Source: Vicugna vicugna (Eukaryota). From it: a stretch of 64,000 bases of DNA. How positions within the stretch are numbered: the stretch's first letter is position 1; each line of letters begins with the position of its first letter. Below are positions 26,065-38,559 of the stretch, one piece after another. The notes beneath the pieces were generated by a model that saw only the letters and a program-made list of their open reading frames with translations, was not told the DNA's origin and did no database searches. The stretch spans positions 1 through 64,000 of the forward strand of contig MU058718.1 of assembly GCA_013265495.1 (NCBI GenBank), given 5' to 3'. The position numbers and the translations under genes were made by a program.

Positions 26065-26353
26065 TCCAATACTGATTATGGAATTTGATCCTTAATATAG
26101 AGCATCTCATTTGACGCTTGACAATAAATATTATCTCTTGTTCACTTAACTACTAAAGATTTTATTACAATTGTTTCTTTTTGTTGCTGTTAGTTATTTC
26201 TTAACATACTCCCCTCCCTCTACTAACAGCCTGGGACCATGTCTAATTCACCTTTGTATCACCAGCACATAGAATAGGCATGTAACAAATGTTAAGTGAA
26301 TAAATGAATGATTCTTTGGGCTGTCAGAGCTGCAGTTTAAAAAAAAGATTTAG

Positions 26354-26573
26354 AGGGTGGGAAGGGATAGACTGGGATTTCAAAATTGTAGAACAGATAA
26401 ACAAGATTACACTGTATAGCACAGGGAAATATACACAAAATGTTATGATAACTCACAGAGAAAAAAATGTGACAATGAGTGTGTATATGTCCATGAATGA
26501 CTGAAAAATTGTGCTGAACACTGGAATTTGACACAACATTGTAAAATGATTATAAATCAATAAAAAATGTTAA
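26354..26573 (+). mobile_element. young L1 3' tail with TSD
   Basis: TSD AAAAAAAAGATTTAG (26339-26353, 26574-26588); starts AGGGTGGGAAGGGATA; AATAAA + poly-A. Confidence 0.9.
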
Positions 26574-27682
26574 AAAAAAAAGATTTAGTACTTTGTCATA
26601 GATAGTATCATATTCCATGGGAAAATGCAATCTCTGGTGACTATTTTTGTTTCCCTTTTACCAGCAAAGCTTTCTTACAATATAGCTTACTGCCTCATTT
26701 CTTTAGGTTGGTAATGATTTATGCAAGCCAAGCAGTAAAGAGTATTAAAAGAATTTATTTTGCCATTTGATTGTTGCTGAAAGTGTTTGCTCTAAAAAAA
26801 AAAAAAAGCATCAGGTTCCACTGGTTTTGTTGCTTCCTTACAACCTTATTGAGGCATAAATTAGTACTGAGAATTTTAATGAAAAGGCAGTGATTATTTT
26901 TGAAATCTGAAGATCAATAAATGTAGAAAGTGCAAATATAAATGCTTCTAACCTGGAAGGAGAGTGATTGGAAAGGAGGGGTGGGGACAGCAAGACTGCA
27001 TTTTTATAGCCTGCCTTCCTCTGTCTATCTTCCGAGGCACTTGGAAACCAGGGGCCAAACCTCAGGACTGGGTCCTGTAGGGCTTCCCAGACATTCTGCC
27101 AACCGGACTAGCTTCTCCTCTTTCTTTCTGCTCCATTACTCTTCCCTGGCCATGCTGCTTTCGCTGGAAGTACAGCAGCCCTCTCTTGAACCCCTAGGTG
27201 TTAAAGCCCAGAAACAAACTCCTGCCTGCTGCCTTCCTCAAGCTGGTTTCTGTTCTCTGCATCCTCTCTTCCCACCCCCAACAGCCATCCTGCCCCACAG
27301 AGAGTTCTCCTGAAGCAGATTGCCACTCTGACCACTGAGATTCAAATTTAATTGGACGTCCTGAATTTTTATTACTAAATCTGGAAACCCTAGGCAGAGG
27401 GCGCGCTCTTAATTCCAGGGATGGTAAATCCTACACCAGCCCCAGGGAGCTCCCAGTTCTAAATCAGTTGTGATCTTCTTACTCTCCTTGTCAGTGACTA
27501 GTCTGATCATGATGTAGTATCCAGTTATGATTAATGAGATGAAGGGGAAATTTACTAAGAAGACAAGTCTTACGAGAAATCCCTATACTTTTCTCAGTTC
27601 TTTCTGATTTGAAAACAAAAATCAGAGGTACAATAGTTGTCCTTTCACGAGGAGGCAACAAACATGAAGAGAAAGAGTCATC

Positions 27683-28113
27683 CAGTCCAATAGCCCTCAA
27701 AGTGTGTCCTAAGGACCCCTGGGAGTCCCTTAGGCCTTTTCAGGAGATTCTCAAGGTCATCTGTTTCCTAACTGCGTATCTATGTGAGACCAGAATGATC
27801 TATGAGGTCATTCCCTCATATATATCAACTGAATGACCCTGACCCAACAGATTGACTGCAAGAGATTTGAGAATCTAGTTTATTAAGCCAGAAATTCAAA
27901 ACAATGCCAATCTTCTCACTGATTTTTTTCTTTTTGTTTTGAAAGTATATGTTTCAAAATATGTTAATTTGTAATTTGGCTTATTATTTTCATAAAAATT
28001 GATATATAAATAATTTTTAAAATTTATAAGTTCTCTAACACAGTAAATATCAGTAATAATATAATTTTTAAGAATGTAAAGAGGTTCTGGGCCCAAAAGC
28101 CTGAAGTACACTG
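27683..28113. mobile_element. hAT-Charlie-derived DNA element
   Basis: CTCAAAGTGTGTCCTAAGGACCCCTGGGAGTCC...CTATGTGAGACCAGA...CAATGCCAATCTTCTCAC...GAAGTACACTG. Confidence 0.6.
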
Positions 28114-28181
28114 ACCCAGACAATGACCCTGTCAACTTAATCTGTTCAACAGATCCCAGTAGCCACAAGCCTCTTGACTTC

Positions 28182-28325
28182 TTTTTTTTTTTTTTTTTGG
28201 CAGGAGGAGGTAATTAGGTTTTTTATTATATTTATTTATTTATTTTAAAGGAGGCACCGGGCATTGAACCTAGGACCTTGTGCTTGCTAAGCATGTGCTC
28301 GGCCACTTGAGCTATACCCTCCCCC
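28182..28325 (-). mobile_element. Vic-1-like SINE
   Basis: Poly-T, GGTAATTAGG, GAACCTAGGACC, GAGCTATACCCTCCCCC; TSD about GACTTCTT. Confidence 0.9.
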
Positions 28326-28451
28326 TAGACTTCTTGTAATGAGAAAAATCAACACCTAGTTTTTGACTCCTCTAAAAAGGTTTTTCTGTTACTGATGGCT
28401 GATCACGACCTCAAATGATTTCTGAGCTAACTCAACAATGAGTAGTCACTG

Positions 28452-28705
28452 ATGAGGCATAATTTCAAACCAATCACTGGAAAAGATAGTTTTAATCACT
28501 CATGGTTATTGACTAGCAATAAAATCAAGCAATAAAATGACAAGGTCATCACCATGTGAAATATGATTTACAGAAAGAACAGAACAAATAGAAATCTTTC
28601 AAAAGCACCAAAGAGTAACTTTGGAAATTTTACCTCCTGATTTCCACTATGGTTTCCCTACCTCTGTAGAGGGATTTCCACAATAAATATTCAGTACTTA
28701 TATTA
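28452..28705 (+). pseudogene. candidate fossil coding segment
   Basis: About 85 codons, 3 internal stops: MRHNFKPITGKDSFNHSWLLTSNKIKQ*NDKVITM*NMIYRKNRTNRNLSKAPKSNFGNFTS*... Confidence 0.25.
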
Positions 28706-29601
28706 AATACAGAATACTTAAGAATAAAGTATGTATTCTATAGTCCCTATCTAAAGAGTTTACCTTGAAAGCTTTTAAGGCCTTGTTTAAATTCTTTGAT
28801 CTTGAAGCTTCTTAATTACAGACAGTATCTTTGCGCCCTTTTTTTCCATTGCATTTGGCTTTCTGACCTCTTCATTTCTGACACATCATAATTACCTTAT
28901 TCTTGTAAAATACCTGTGTCTTCCATTAAACTCTAAACTTTTGCATCTGCACCTTTGTTCACTGAGCATCCATTCGCATAGTATTAGCAATGAGGCTTAA
29001 GTGTTATCCCAAACAGTTATGTAAGATATTCTTGATCCATCCTCGTTTTAAGAACAAAAGCATAACTTCCTGTCACCTCAACAAGAGAAAAGAAAAGAAA
29101 AAAAAGCAAAAATCTTTGGTGCACTTTCAGTTAGCAGTATTAAAGCTAATATAAGATATAAATCTGGTCCCAATTTTCATGAAACTATTCATTAGGATAT
29201 TTGAGCACGGAGGGAAGGATAAAAAGTCTTGCATTTGGAGTCGCTATGCTCTAAAACACTTCTAACAGTATGAAGTGCTGCCTTAGGCCACTAAACTGAT
29301 GAGAGAACCCACTGTCAATACATCTTTGATGCTCCATGTTTGTTCTGCCAAGAGTATACAGCTACTGCATTCAAAGCCTGTAGATGCTTACAGGTAAAAT
29401 GTAGCAAATGCAGCATTAAATGAAAAGCCTGTCAGCTAGCTTTTTCTCTTTGAAGAGTTTTCAAGGACTAGTTAAAAAAAAATCAACAGCTGTCTTTACT
29501 TTTGTGTTCTAAAATAATTTTCACAGACAACTCACACATCTTCCCATATACTAATAAGAAATCTTGAGAAAACTGAAGTTTAAAAAGAAAAAACTTCAAT
29601 C

Positions 29602-29958
29602 TTTTTTTTAAATTGTGGTAAATAGGACATAACATAAAAGTTACCATCTTAACTACTTTAAGTGTACAGTTCAGTAGTGTTAAGTATATTCATATTGTTA
29701 TAAAATCAGTCTCCAGGACTGTTTCATCTTTCAAACCTGAAACTCTATACTCATTCAACAGTAACTCTCCATTTTCCTCTTCCCCCAAGCCACAGCAACC
29801 ACCATTCTGCTTTCTACAAGTCTGTCTATTCCAGATACTCATATACGTGAAATCATGTGCTTTAATTTTTTTTGTGATTCACCTATATCACTTACCATAA
29901 CGTCCTCAAGGTTCACCCATGTTATAGCCTGTGTCAGAATTTTCCTTCCTTTTTTAAA
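29602..29958 (-). mobile_element. L1MB-like 3' end
   Basis: AATTGTGGTAAA...TTAAGTGTACAGTTCAGTAG...GTCAGAATTTCCTTCCTTTTT; flanked by AAAAAACTTCAATCTT duplication. Confidence 0.85.
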
Positions 29959-31299
29959 AAACTTCAATCTTCTATTTTAAAAATCTAAGGCTATTTTGCT
30001 ATAAATGAGAAGAAAGAGAGAAACGCACTGCTTTGAAAGGAATACTTCAAGTAATGCAAGGATTTACTATTTGGAGATAAAATCCCGAGTACCGTGCCAG
30101 GCACTTAGTAAGCTCTCAATTTACGCCATTTTTACTATTATCACAACAAAAAATTGAGACGTTTCACAGATGATGGCTTCTGTAAGGTAAGGCAATCTCA
30201 AATATGTTAGCTGGACTCAATTCAGCTACTCTTAGTGAAGAGACCCTGAGATCATAGCAAAGCACAGCAAGGACCACAATCCTCATGACTAATCGCCAGA
30301 TAAAGCCCAGTGCCTACTGCTCTCCTTTCTGGAGCGCATGTCCATCAGAGGTAGAAGAGTGGAAATGGCCTGTCAGTACTGATTTTGTGTACTTCTGTGA
30401 GAGAATGCCCCAGAATGTGATAACTAAATGACTCTTGGTTGGGATTTCTGAGCTTTCTGCCTCTCTGGAAATCAGCTGGCTTCTGCTTGCTCCATTTACT
30501 GTGTACCAGCCAATACAAAATGAAATGCTCAAGTCGAAATTTTAAAATTAAGTATATCCCGGAGGATTCCCATGCAGGGCGTACATCAGTGTTTACCAAG
30601 CAATCTGCAAGTCCAATCGCAGGAACCGTTCAGAATAATCTATTCCTCACCGCCCAAAGGCTTCAAACTTTCTGGAACTTCCGAGCTTGTCAAATGAGGG
30701 AATGAAAGAGCCACGGCAGCAGCAGCAGCAGAGGACATGCTGTTAGCTGTTTCATTCGTATTGTGGGGCAGGAGTATATTCTCTCCTTGCACCCTAATGT
30801 TGTTAACCTGGCTCTCACATTAGTGTGTTGCAGGATTAGAGAGGCAGTGTGCTACACGGAGGAAGGGGAGAGTCTCTCTGGGGGCCTGGGTTTGCTCTGG
30901 CTTGATCACTTACTAGCTGAGTAACCCTTTGCAAGTTGTTTGACCTTTCTCTGCTTCTATTTCCTTAGCTGTAAATTGGAGACGATCGTGGAAACTATCT
31001 CATTATTGGCTGCTGGCACAATTAAATGAATTCAGATAAAGTACTTAGAAAAATGCCTGAGAATCAGTAAGCATAAGTGTTTACTATTATTGTTACTTCT
31101 TTCTCAATTACATTTTTAATATGGAAATAGTCAGATCCAGTTATATGTAATATTTCGAGTTGGGTACCAGTAAGGGTTCTCCTGCCTGGTGTTGTTCCAG
31201 CCGATAGAACGTGACCAGTTCCTTGGTTCAGAAGCAAAGGAAAGCTTCGTTCTTTGATCAAAGAATGGAGAGGTGTGAGCCTGGGCTCCAGAGCACCTG

Positions 31300-31520
31300 C
31301 TCTCCCCGACAGGCCAGGGCAGGGCTGCTTTACAGGGACTGCGGCAGCAGAGAGGGGGCGGGGTTCTCGCGGGGCTGACGCAGCTGCGCAGATTAGGCTC
31401 CAGCTCACAGTGCCGGGCGCAGCATCTCTGCACACAGCCTGCGTCCGCCATCTTAGATTGAGTGTCGTGAGCCCCTCTTCTGCATGCGGTGCACCCAGCT
31501 GAGGTGTCGCCACAGCCATT
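31300..31520. promoter_or_regulatory. small CpG-rich promoter-like element
   Basis: About 14 CpG in ~210 bp; GC-box GGGGGCGGGG 31354-31363, TGACGCA 31376-31382, TGCGCA 31385-31390, YY1-type CCGCCATCTT 31445-31454. Confidence 0.6.
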
Positions 31521-31699
31521 TCAATGCACTAGGACCTCTGGTCTGAAGGGCTGGTGCAAAGCCTCTCTCTGCTCACAGCACCCAGAAGCAAGTGAAACTA
31601 GACCGAAGCGCAAAAGGTTAGACTTTCTCACCTAGATTCTGTCTTATTTATCCCCATAGACCTGAGTGGGCTTTGCCGGTGGCAAAGTGATTTGGGGGT

Positions 31700-32060
31700 C
31701 TTTTTGTGTGGTGAACTATACGTAACAAAATTGCCCATCAACCATTTTTCAGTGTACAGCTCAGTGGCACTAAGTGCATTCACACTGTTGTGCAGCCATC
31801 ACCACTATCCATCTCCAGAACTTTATTATTATCCCAAACTGAAACTGTACTCATTAAGCAATAATTCCTTATTCTTCTCTTCCCCAGTCCCCTGGTAACC
31901 ACAGTTCTACTTCCTGTCTCTAGGAATTTAACTACAGCTAGGTGCCTCCTATAAGTAGAATCATACAGTATTTGTCCTTTTGTGACTCATTTACTTCACT
32001 GAGCATGTCATCCACTGTAACGTGTCAGAATTTCATTCCTTCTTAAGGCCGTGTAATATT
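31700..32060 (-). mobile_element. L1MB-like 3' end
   Basis: AGTGTACAGCTCAGTGGCACTAAGTGCATTCACACTGTTGTGCAGCCATCACCAC...GTCAGAATTTCATTCCTT. Confidence 0.85.
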
Positions 32061-32061
32061 G

Positions 32062-32182
32062 GCTTTTTTGTGGGTTTTTTGTTTTAATTGAAGTACAGTC
32101 AGTTACAGTGTGTCAATTTCTGGTGTACAACACAATGTCCCAGTCATGCATATACATACACATATTCTTTATCATATTTTTC
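32062..32182 (-). mobile_element. young L1 extreme 3' tail
   Basis: TTTTAATTGAAGTACAGTCAGTTACAGTGTGTCAATTTCTGGTGTACA. Confidence 0.8.
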
Positions 32183-32444
32183 TGACTAAATTAACCTTTA
32201 AGAAACCCTTAAGTGCACTTTGGTGACCATTTTATGATCATTGTTATAGAACTTCTCAGAACTTAAAGGTTCTTAGAAGTCAATAATAATCTCAATAAAA
32301 CTTTTACTTCCTTGTTACATAAAACCATGCTTAACACAAAATATATGATATGGTCCTATTTTTGTTTAAAAATGTATTTAAATATATGTGTGTATATGAG
32401 TATATTGTGTAGGCCATACAGAGAAGTCTTGCAAGATACATGTT

Positions 32445-33005
32445 CTAAACTTGGCCTTCAAATTCTTTGATACTTCTTCCACTGAATGGTGGGTTGCATG
32501 TCCTCTTCCCCTTGAATCTGGGCAAGCCTGTGGCTGTTTTGATCAATAGAGTACAGCAGAAGTGACACTATGTCAATTCTAAAGTTAATTCATAAAATGT
32601 CAAGGAGCTTCTGCCTGGTTCTCTTGGAATGCTCACTCTCCAGAAGTTTCCTTTGGATAATTCTTCTCAGAACCCAGCTGCCATGCTGTGAGAAGCCCAG
32701 ACCACACAGGGAGCCCAAACTTTGATGCTCCCCACTCCAGTCAAGAACCCCAGCCAAGTCCAGCCTTTGTGTCATCCCAGCACAACCAGCAGACCTGTGA
32801 GTGAAGAAGCCACCAGATGATTCCAGTCAAAGCTTATGAGTCAGCAGCAGTTCTCTTCCTAGGTGAGGCCCCAACATCATGGAGCAGAGACAACTCACTC
32901 TGTGGTCCTCTGTCTGAATTCTTGACACATAGACTACGTGCATCATAAAAAGCTCAATGCCACTAAGTTTGAGGTGGTATGTTCTGCAGCAATGGATAAT
33001 TATAG
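32445..33005 (+). mobile_element. MLT1-type MaLR LTR
   Basis: CCCCTTGAATCTGGGC...CCAGCTGCCATGCTGTGAGAAGCCCA...GCCACTAAGTTTGAGGTGG...CAGCAATGGATAA. Confidence 0.8.
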
Positions 33006-33277
33006 TCAAAATAACTAAACAAAAGATAACTAAATGCCAAAGTAGTAATAATGAGATTTAGAATTTTTTAATGTATATTTCCAATTTCTCTGTAATGAAT
33101 ATATATTATATACAGGCCAAACAATATTTTGCAAAGAATCTCAAGAATAACTACAAAAATCCAAAGATCCTTAGGTCTACTCTGTCTGAGATTCATTTCC
33201 TGCTTATCCAAGTTCTCTAACCATGTTCTGAAACCCCAAACTGAAACTGAAACTCTGAACTAAGACTGGAAAAGAGC

Positions 33278-33584
33278 TAAGACCAACCTGTGGATTCCAT
33301 AAATGATCACGAATTATTATTTTCTCCCACATTATATTTTTTTTCTTTTAAGAACCCAAAATGATAAAAGGCATTTCTTCACAAATTTTGAAAAATACCT
33401 AAGAGCTGTTGAGACGGGTGACTCCCATGATAAGACCAACCTGTGGATTCCATAAATGATCACGAAATTATTATTTTCTCCCACATTATATTTTTTTTCT
33501 TTTAAGAACCCAAAATGATAAAAGGCATTTCTTCACAAATTTTGAAAAATACCTAAGAGCTGTTGAGACGGGTGACTCCCATGA
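33278..33584. repeat. direct tandem duplication, 153 + 154 bp
   Basis: Copies 33278-33430 and 33431-33584 differ only by one extra A (CACGAATTA vs CACGAAATTA). Confidence 0.95.
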
Positions 33585-34144
33585 CTTACACAGCAAGAAG
33601 AAAATAACAAAGGTACATTTGGCATAGTAAATGCCACCAGTTAATTACACAAACAAAATGGAACAAGCTCACATTATGTGAAGAATGTGTACAAGCTCAT
33701 AAACTGACTTTAATTACTATCCAGACTATCTGAAGGGAGGAATTAGTGTATCGGTTTTGGAGCAAGAGCTTGGTAGATTTTTATATATATATATATATTT
33801 AAAAATAACTTACGTTTGTTAACTCCTTAACAATTTAAAGATCACTTTTGCATATGCTATCACACTTAAGCCTCACACAAACCCCAGATGCATAAACAGA
33901 CATTTTAGAGACTCTTAGAAACTGTGAGTTTCCTGTGTGGCCCAAGGTCAAATAGCGAGTAAATGACAGAAGACATCAAACGAGTAATCTGACTCTACGG
34001 AGGAAAATGCTTTTCATCAGATTATCATGTAAGCACATTCTTCTTTCCACAGCATTTCCAGTTGTAAGAAGGTGCCCAAAGTGGAAAGGAACATTTCCTG
34101 CTCCCCAGTTGTGTGGGCTGAAATTAAAAACCCAGGTATAGTAT

Positions 34145-34830
34145 ATCAATCAGGGTCTCAGTCACAAGCAGGAGAAAACTACTCTGGCTAATTTAAGCAG
34201 GAAAGGAAATCTGTTGAAAAGATATTGGCAGGGGGAGTGTATAGCTCAAGCAGTAGAGTGCATGCTTAGTATGCATGAGGTTCTAGGTTTGATACCCAGT
34301 ACCCCCTCCAGACATAAACAAATAAACCTAATTACCTTCCCCTTCTGCCAAAAAAAGAATTTTTTTAAAGGCAGTGATTCTCTAAGTGCAATCTGTGAAA
34401 ATACAGCCTCAGAACCAACTGATGAGTTTATTTAAAAAAAAAAAAGAAGAAGAAAGAAAAGAAAAGTAAAGATATTGGGCATCTCACAGAATTTTGGAGA
34501 GGCTATGAAGCAGGCCAGGATCCATACTCAGATTGATACGCGATCTTTACTCACTGTTACTGCCCCTGGGTGCAGCCACTGCAACTAACACTTCCACCCC
34601 ACTGACACTGGACACTGGACCCTGGGCACTGTTGCCAGAGACACTGCACCTGTGTCTCATAATAGAGACAGAATCTAGACTGCTACTAGACAGAATTCTG
34701 CTGGGCTCCTTCCTCACACTGTAATTTCGGTTCAAAGTCTAGGTCATGTGCTCTGATTGATTGGCACTGTGCCTCTGCCTTGGCTGCAGGAGAGGCTCAG
34801 GAAGTACATTTCTGGTATTTTCAGCTTCTA
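34145..34830 (-). mobile_element. old MLT1-type LTR hosting a SINE
   Basis: CTCTGGCTAATTTAAGCAGGAAAGGAA...GATATTGG/GCATCTCACAGAAT. Confidence 0.55.
34231..34467 (+). mobile_element. Vic-1-like SINE plus ~64-bp extra 3' sequence and second A-tail
   Basis: SINE body 34231-34369, unique 34370-34433, A-tail to 34467; TSD AAAGATATTGG (34218-34228, 34468-34478). Confidence 0.85.
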
Positions 34831-35109
34831 GAGTGAAAGCCTGATTGTCTCACAAGGCTGCAGATTCCCCTGTCAGAGGTTCATCGGACTGAAAGACAAA
34901 AAGAATGAGTGATCTCTGTGTATGATGAGGCCTTCCCACTCCCCTCAGGAGGAAATTGAAGTTGGTATGGATTTTGCACCTAAGTGAACCTGCTGACACC
35001 TTATTTGTGCAAATCCTGACTACCAGTAAGTTAGTGGCTATGTGACTTTATTTTCACTGGACAAGGAATAACATACACTTTATAACATCTACCATCTGGC
35101 AGGCATCAT

Positions 35110-35288
35110 CAGGAGCAGGTTTACTATAACGCTAATGAAGGAAAATCTTCAGGGCTCTCACTTACAAGGGTCCCTTCCAAGGTCTTGAACTCAGTTTTGT
35201 TCCTGTAATTTTGTATTATTTTTCTTTAGAAAGGGACCTGCAATTTGTATAAGCTTCTGGGCCCTACAAAACCTGGATCCACCTCTGA
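35110..35288. mobile_element. MER53-like hAT element
   Basis: Ends TTGTATAAGCTTCTGGGCCCTACAAAACCTGGATCCACCTCTG; related copy at about 42025-42230. Confidence 0.6.
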
Positions 35289-35884
35289 GCACTCTACTAG
35301 GTACTTTATGTATATTAGTTCTAATTTTCACAACTACATACAATCATGTAAGGTAGGTAATAAAGGGTAAACATTAAATTCCAAGCATTTGTAATCACCT
35401 GCATGCATGCCTACATTCACATTGTCTTTTTTAATAAGGGTGGTACCTTTGTTTGCTGAGGTTGCCCAGCTCAATTATATTTCCCAGCCTCCCTTGCAGT
35501 TATGTGAATCAGTTAGCATTTGCTGCATAACAAATTACCCTAAAAACTTGGTGATTTAAAATAATGTGGCATATATGGAGATGCATCTTTCAGATTCCTT
35601 TTTGAGTATGGACTCACCAGCTGACAGAGGCGGAATCAGCTAACAACTTTCACACAGAGGCCATTCTCTTCTCAGCGTAGCACACAGCCCATGACTGAAC
35701 AAGGCAGTGATACAAAGGTCTAGCCATTTCTGTCCAGTGCAGTATTCCTCTAATGGGCAGTCTTTGTTCTGGAGCTCCTTGTTGGCCTGATGGAAGCTTG
35801 TCAGGAATATCATGCTCTGATGGTCCCCCCGCCAAACCCTGCTTCCTTTTCTTTTCCTTTCCTTTTCCTTTCACAGGTATTTTG

Positions 35885-35989
35885 GGTTTTTTAATTTATT
35901 TTATTATTTTTTAGAGGAGGTGCTGGGGAGGTACAGGACCTCGTGCATGCTAACCATGCACGCTACCATTTGAGCTCTACTCTCCCCTA
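35885..35989 (-). mobile_element. Vic-1-like SINE
   Basis: 19-bp TSD TCCTTTCACAGGTATTTTG (35866-35884, 35990-36008); GGACCTCGTGCATGCTAA. Confidence 0.9.
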
Positions 35990-37163
35990 TCCTTTCACAG
36001 GTATTTTGTATTCCTGACTCCATCTCAGCATCTGCTTCCTAGAGAACCCAGCTTGCAACAAATAACCATTTATTCAGTTCATAATTCTGTAGATCATTAA
36101 TTTCGGTTGGGCTCAGCTGGGGCAGCTCATCTCTATTCCATGGTCTCTCATCCTCCAGGAGGCTGGATGGACTTGTTCACATGAACTTGTTCACTTTTTT
36201 ACATGGCAGATGGAAAGGACTCCAAGAGAGAAAGTAGAAGGCCCTTAAAACCTAGGCTCTGAACTGCCCAACGTCACTTCTGCCATAATCTACTAGGAAA
36301 AGTAAATCACAAGTCCAGGCCAGATTCAAGAGGAAGAGAAACAAACTCTACCTCTTGATCAGTGGGACTGCAAGGTCACAATGAAAAGGGTTGGGTACAG
36401 GGCAGGGTGAAGAATTATGGCCATTTGCAAACTGTGATAGTAGGTGTGGTCAAGTGGTTAAGTTGTTAACAACTTAATGATAAAATGTTAGCAGACGAAA
36501 TATGCATATATGAGCCTGAGTCTTAAGACACAGAGGTGTGCCTCCTCCACACCCTCTTTTCTCTCCCCTCCATCTGAAATCTATCCAGTTTTATGCAGAT
36601 GATATCAATGCAGGGCTCTGGAAAGAACCTGGGTTCTCAAATAACAAGGGAACAGAGCTGCCCTGCTGACCAGGATCATTTACATCCTAGCTGTCACAGA
36701 GAGGGAAGAAAAAAAAACACCTCTTTTCTTTAGACCACTGCATTTTGGAACTCTTTGTTATAGTAACTCTTCGTTATCCTAACTAATGCATATGAAAATT
36801 GATGTAGGTACTGAAATCTGGGGAAAAGTAAAATGTTTAAAGAAGAGCTTTAAAGAGCATTGTTGGGTGTTATGCAATGTAATCCCCTTTTCCCCTGAGT
36901 AATCTCATTGGTCTTCATCACTTTTCGATGTGGATTTTGGTTTATATTTTCCCATAAATGTTAATATACTGAATTGGATCTTAAGAATGCATGGGGCAAT
37001 CAAAAAGGACTACTTGTGTGTGGGCTGCAGTATCATTACCCCATTTTTAGATGGGGACACTGAAGTTACATAGCAAATAACAGTGAAAACAGTATTCCAG
37101 TCCTGACTTATCAGACTCCAAACCCATTTCCCACTAATCAGTTATTAGGTTTATCTTCCCCTT

Positions 37164-38106
37164 GTGAGTATCACTGAGGTTTTATTCTCTGTGTTGTCAT
37201 CTTTAAAGTGGGCGGAGAAACTGCCTGATCTATCCAATGGCAGGTGGTGTTCCATAGGGATACACTGCAGAAATGCAGCCAGGACTCCAAGACTAACACT
37301 CTATTTGGATAAAGAGAGGCAAGAGAGTTCAGCCAAGTCATCCTCTTGCCAAAATTACTCCTTAGAAGAAATTACAACTCATTTGGAATCTTTATTAATT
37401 AATTTGATGAGGGAACAGCTGGGCTGGTGCCATCTACGCAGAATGATGAAGGTGGCCCATGTTTCAGCCAGAAATCAGACGAGGAATAGAAGCAGGTTTA
37501 AAATTGGCAAAATGCTGCAGCACTTTCTCAGTCTCTTGCCAGAGGCTTTGTTTCTGGCCAAAATTATAATACATTTAAAGGCATTTGCATATCCCTTCAA
37601 GCAATATTTGTGTATATGTGTGCACACACACAAAGGATTATATGGAAAATACAACATTTTATAACTACTATGAGGTCAAGATTTAGTATCTTGTAATTTT
37701 CTGCAACTGAGCAAGAGGGGGAAAATGTCTAATGCCTGGCATTAAATTTTGCTTTCCAGTTCCAAACAACTGTTTTAAATCTCAGGGCTTAAAGAGCAAC
37801 AGATTCAAAAAGAAATTTATATACATAATTAACTACATAACTGATTACACTTGCCTGAATGTACACTTGATTAGTTTAGTGTTTCTCGAGTACAAGTTTC
37901 CAAGCAATAGTGTATTTGATGAATTGAAACAGAAATAAATAATGGTGAGAAATTTACTGACAGCTAAATTAAAATAAGATTTTGAAAACATCTTCATATA
38001 ATTCAAAACTATATTCACAGAAGTAATTCTTCTGTATATTTCATGCAAAACATTCCAAGTAATAATGCTGCCAGAATTATTTCTCTTAGGCAAATGCTTT
38101 CAGTAG
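37164..38106 (+). pseudogene. candidate fossil coding segment D
   Basis: Longest + ORF of the window (37164-37664, 166 aa; ...DKERQESSAKSSSCQNYSLEEITTHLESLL...); then 37732-38106 in another frame with 3 internal stops in 125 AT-rich codons. Confidence 0.4.
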
Positions 38107-38559
38107 AGTGGCTCTTAACCCAAACTAGAGGCTGAGAGAAGCTTTGTACAATACCTATTTCTGCTCATCATATTAAAGATGAAGCAATTGAAACCCAGAA
38201 AGGATTATTGATGAGTTCACAAACATTATTTTAATTTCATTATTATTAATAATATATTATTATTTTATTATTATTATAATCCACCCATCTACCCTTAGTG
38301 TTTTTATTTAAGTATTTTCTTAATCAATTACTGAAATAAAGAAAAGGAGAAATGAACCCTAGAGGCAAAACTGATCTAAGGATTACGAATGAAACTATTT
38401 TTCTTTACCACCAAGGAGTATTTAATACGACATTTTTTCCACATGAAAGTTTTTATCTCTGCCTGCCACATAGCAGATTCTCAATATTATTTGAGTGAGT
38501 GAACTCTTCCAGGATAAAGAAAAAAGCAGAGAATCAGATTCGCCCAATATACAAGTTCA

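Noticed and set aside
37300..37420. PRR14/Tantalus-like motif (SLEEI.T)
   Set aside because: Only a short match; flanking conserved residues are missing
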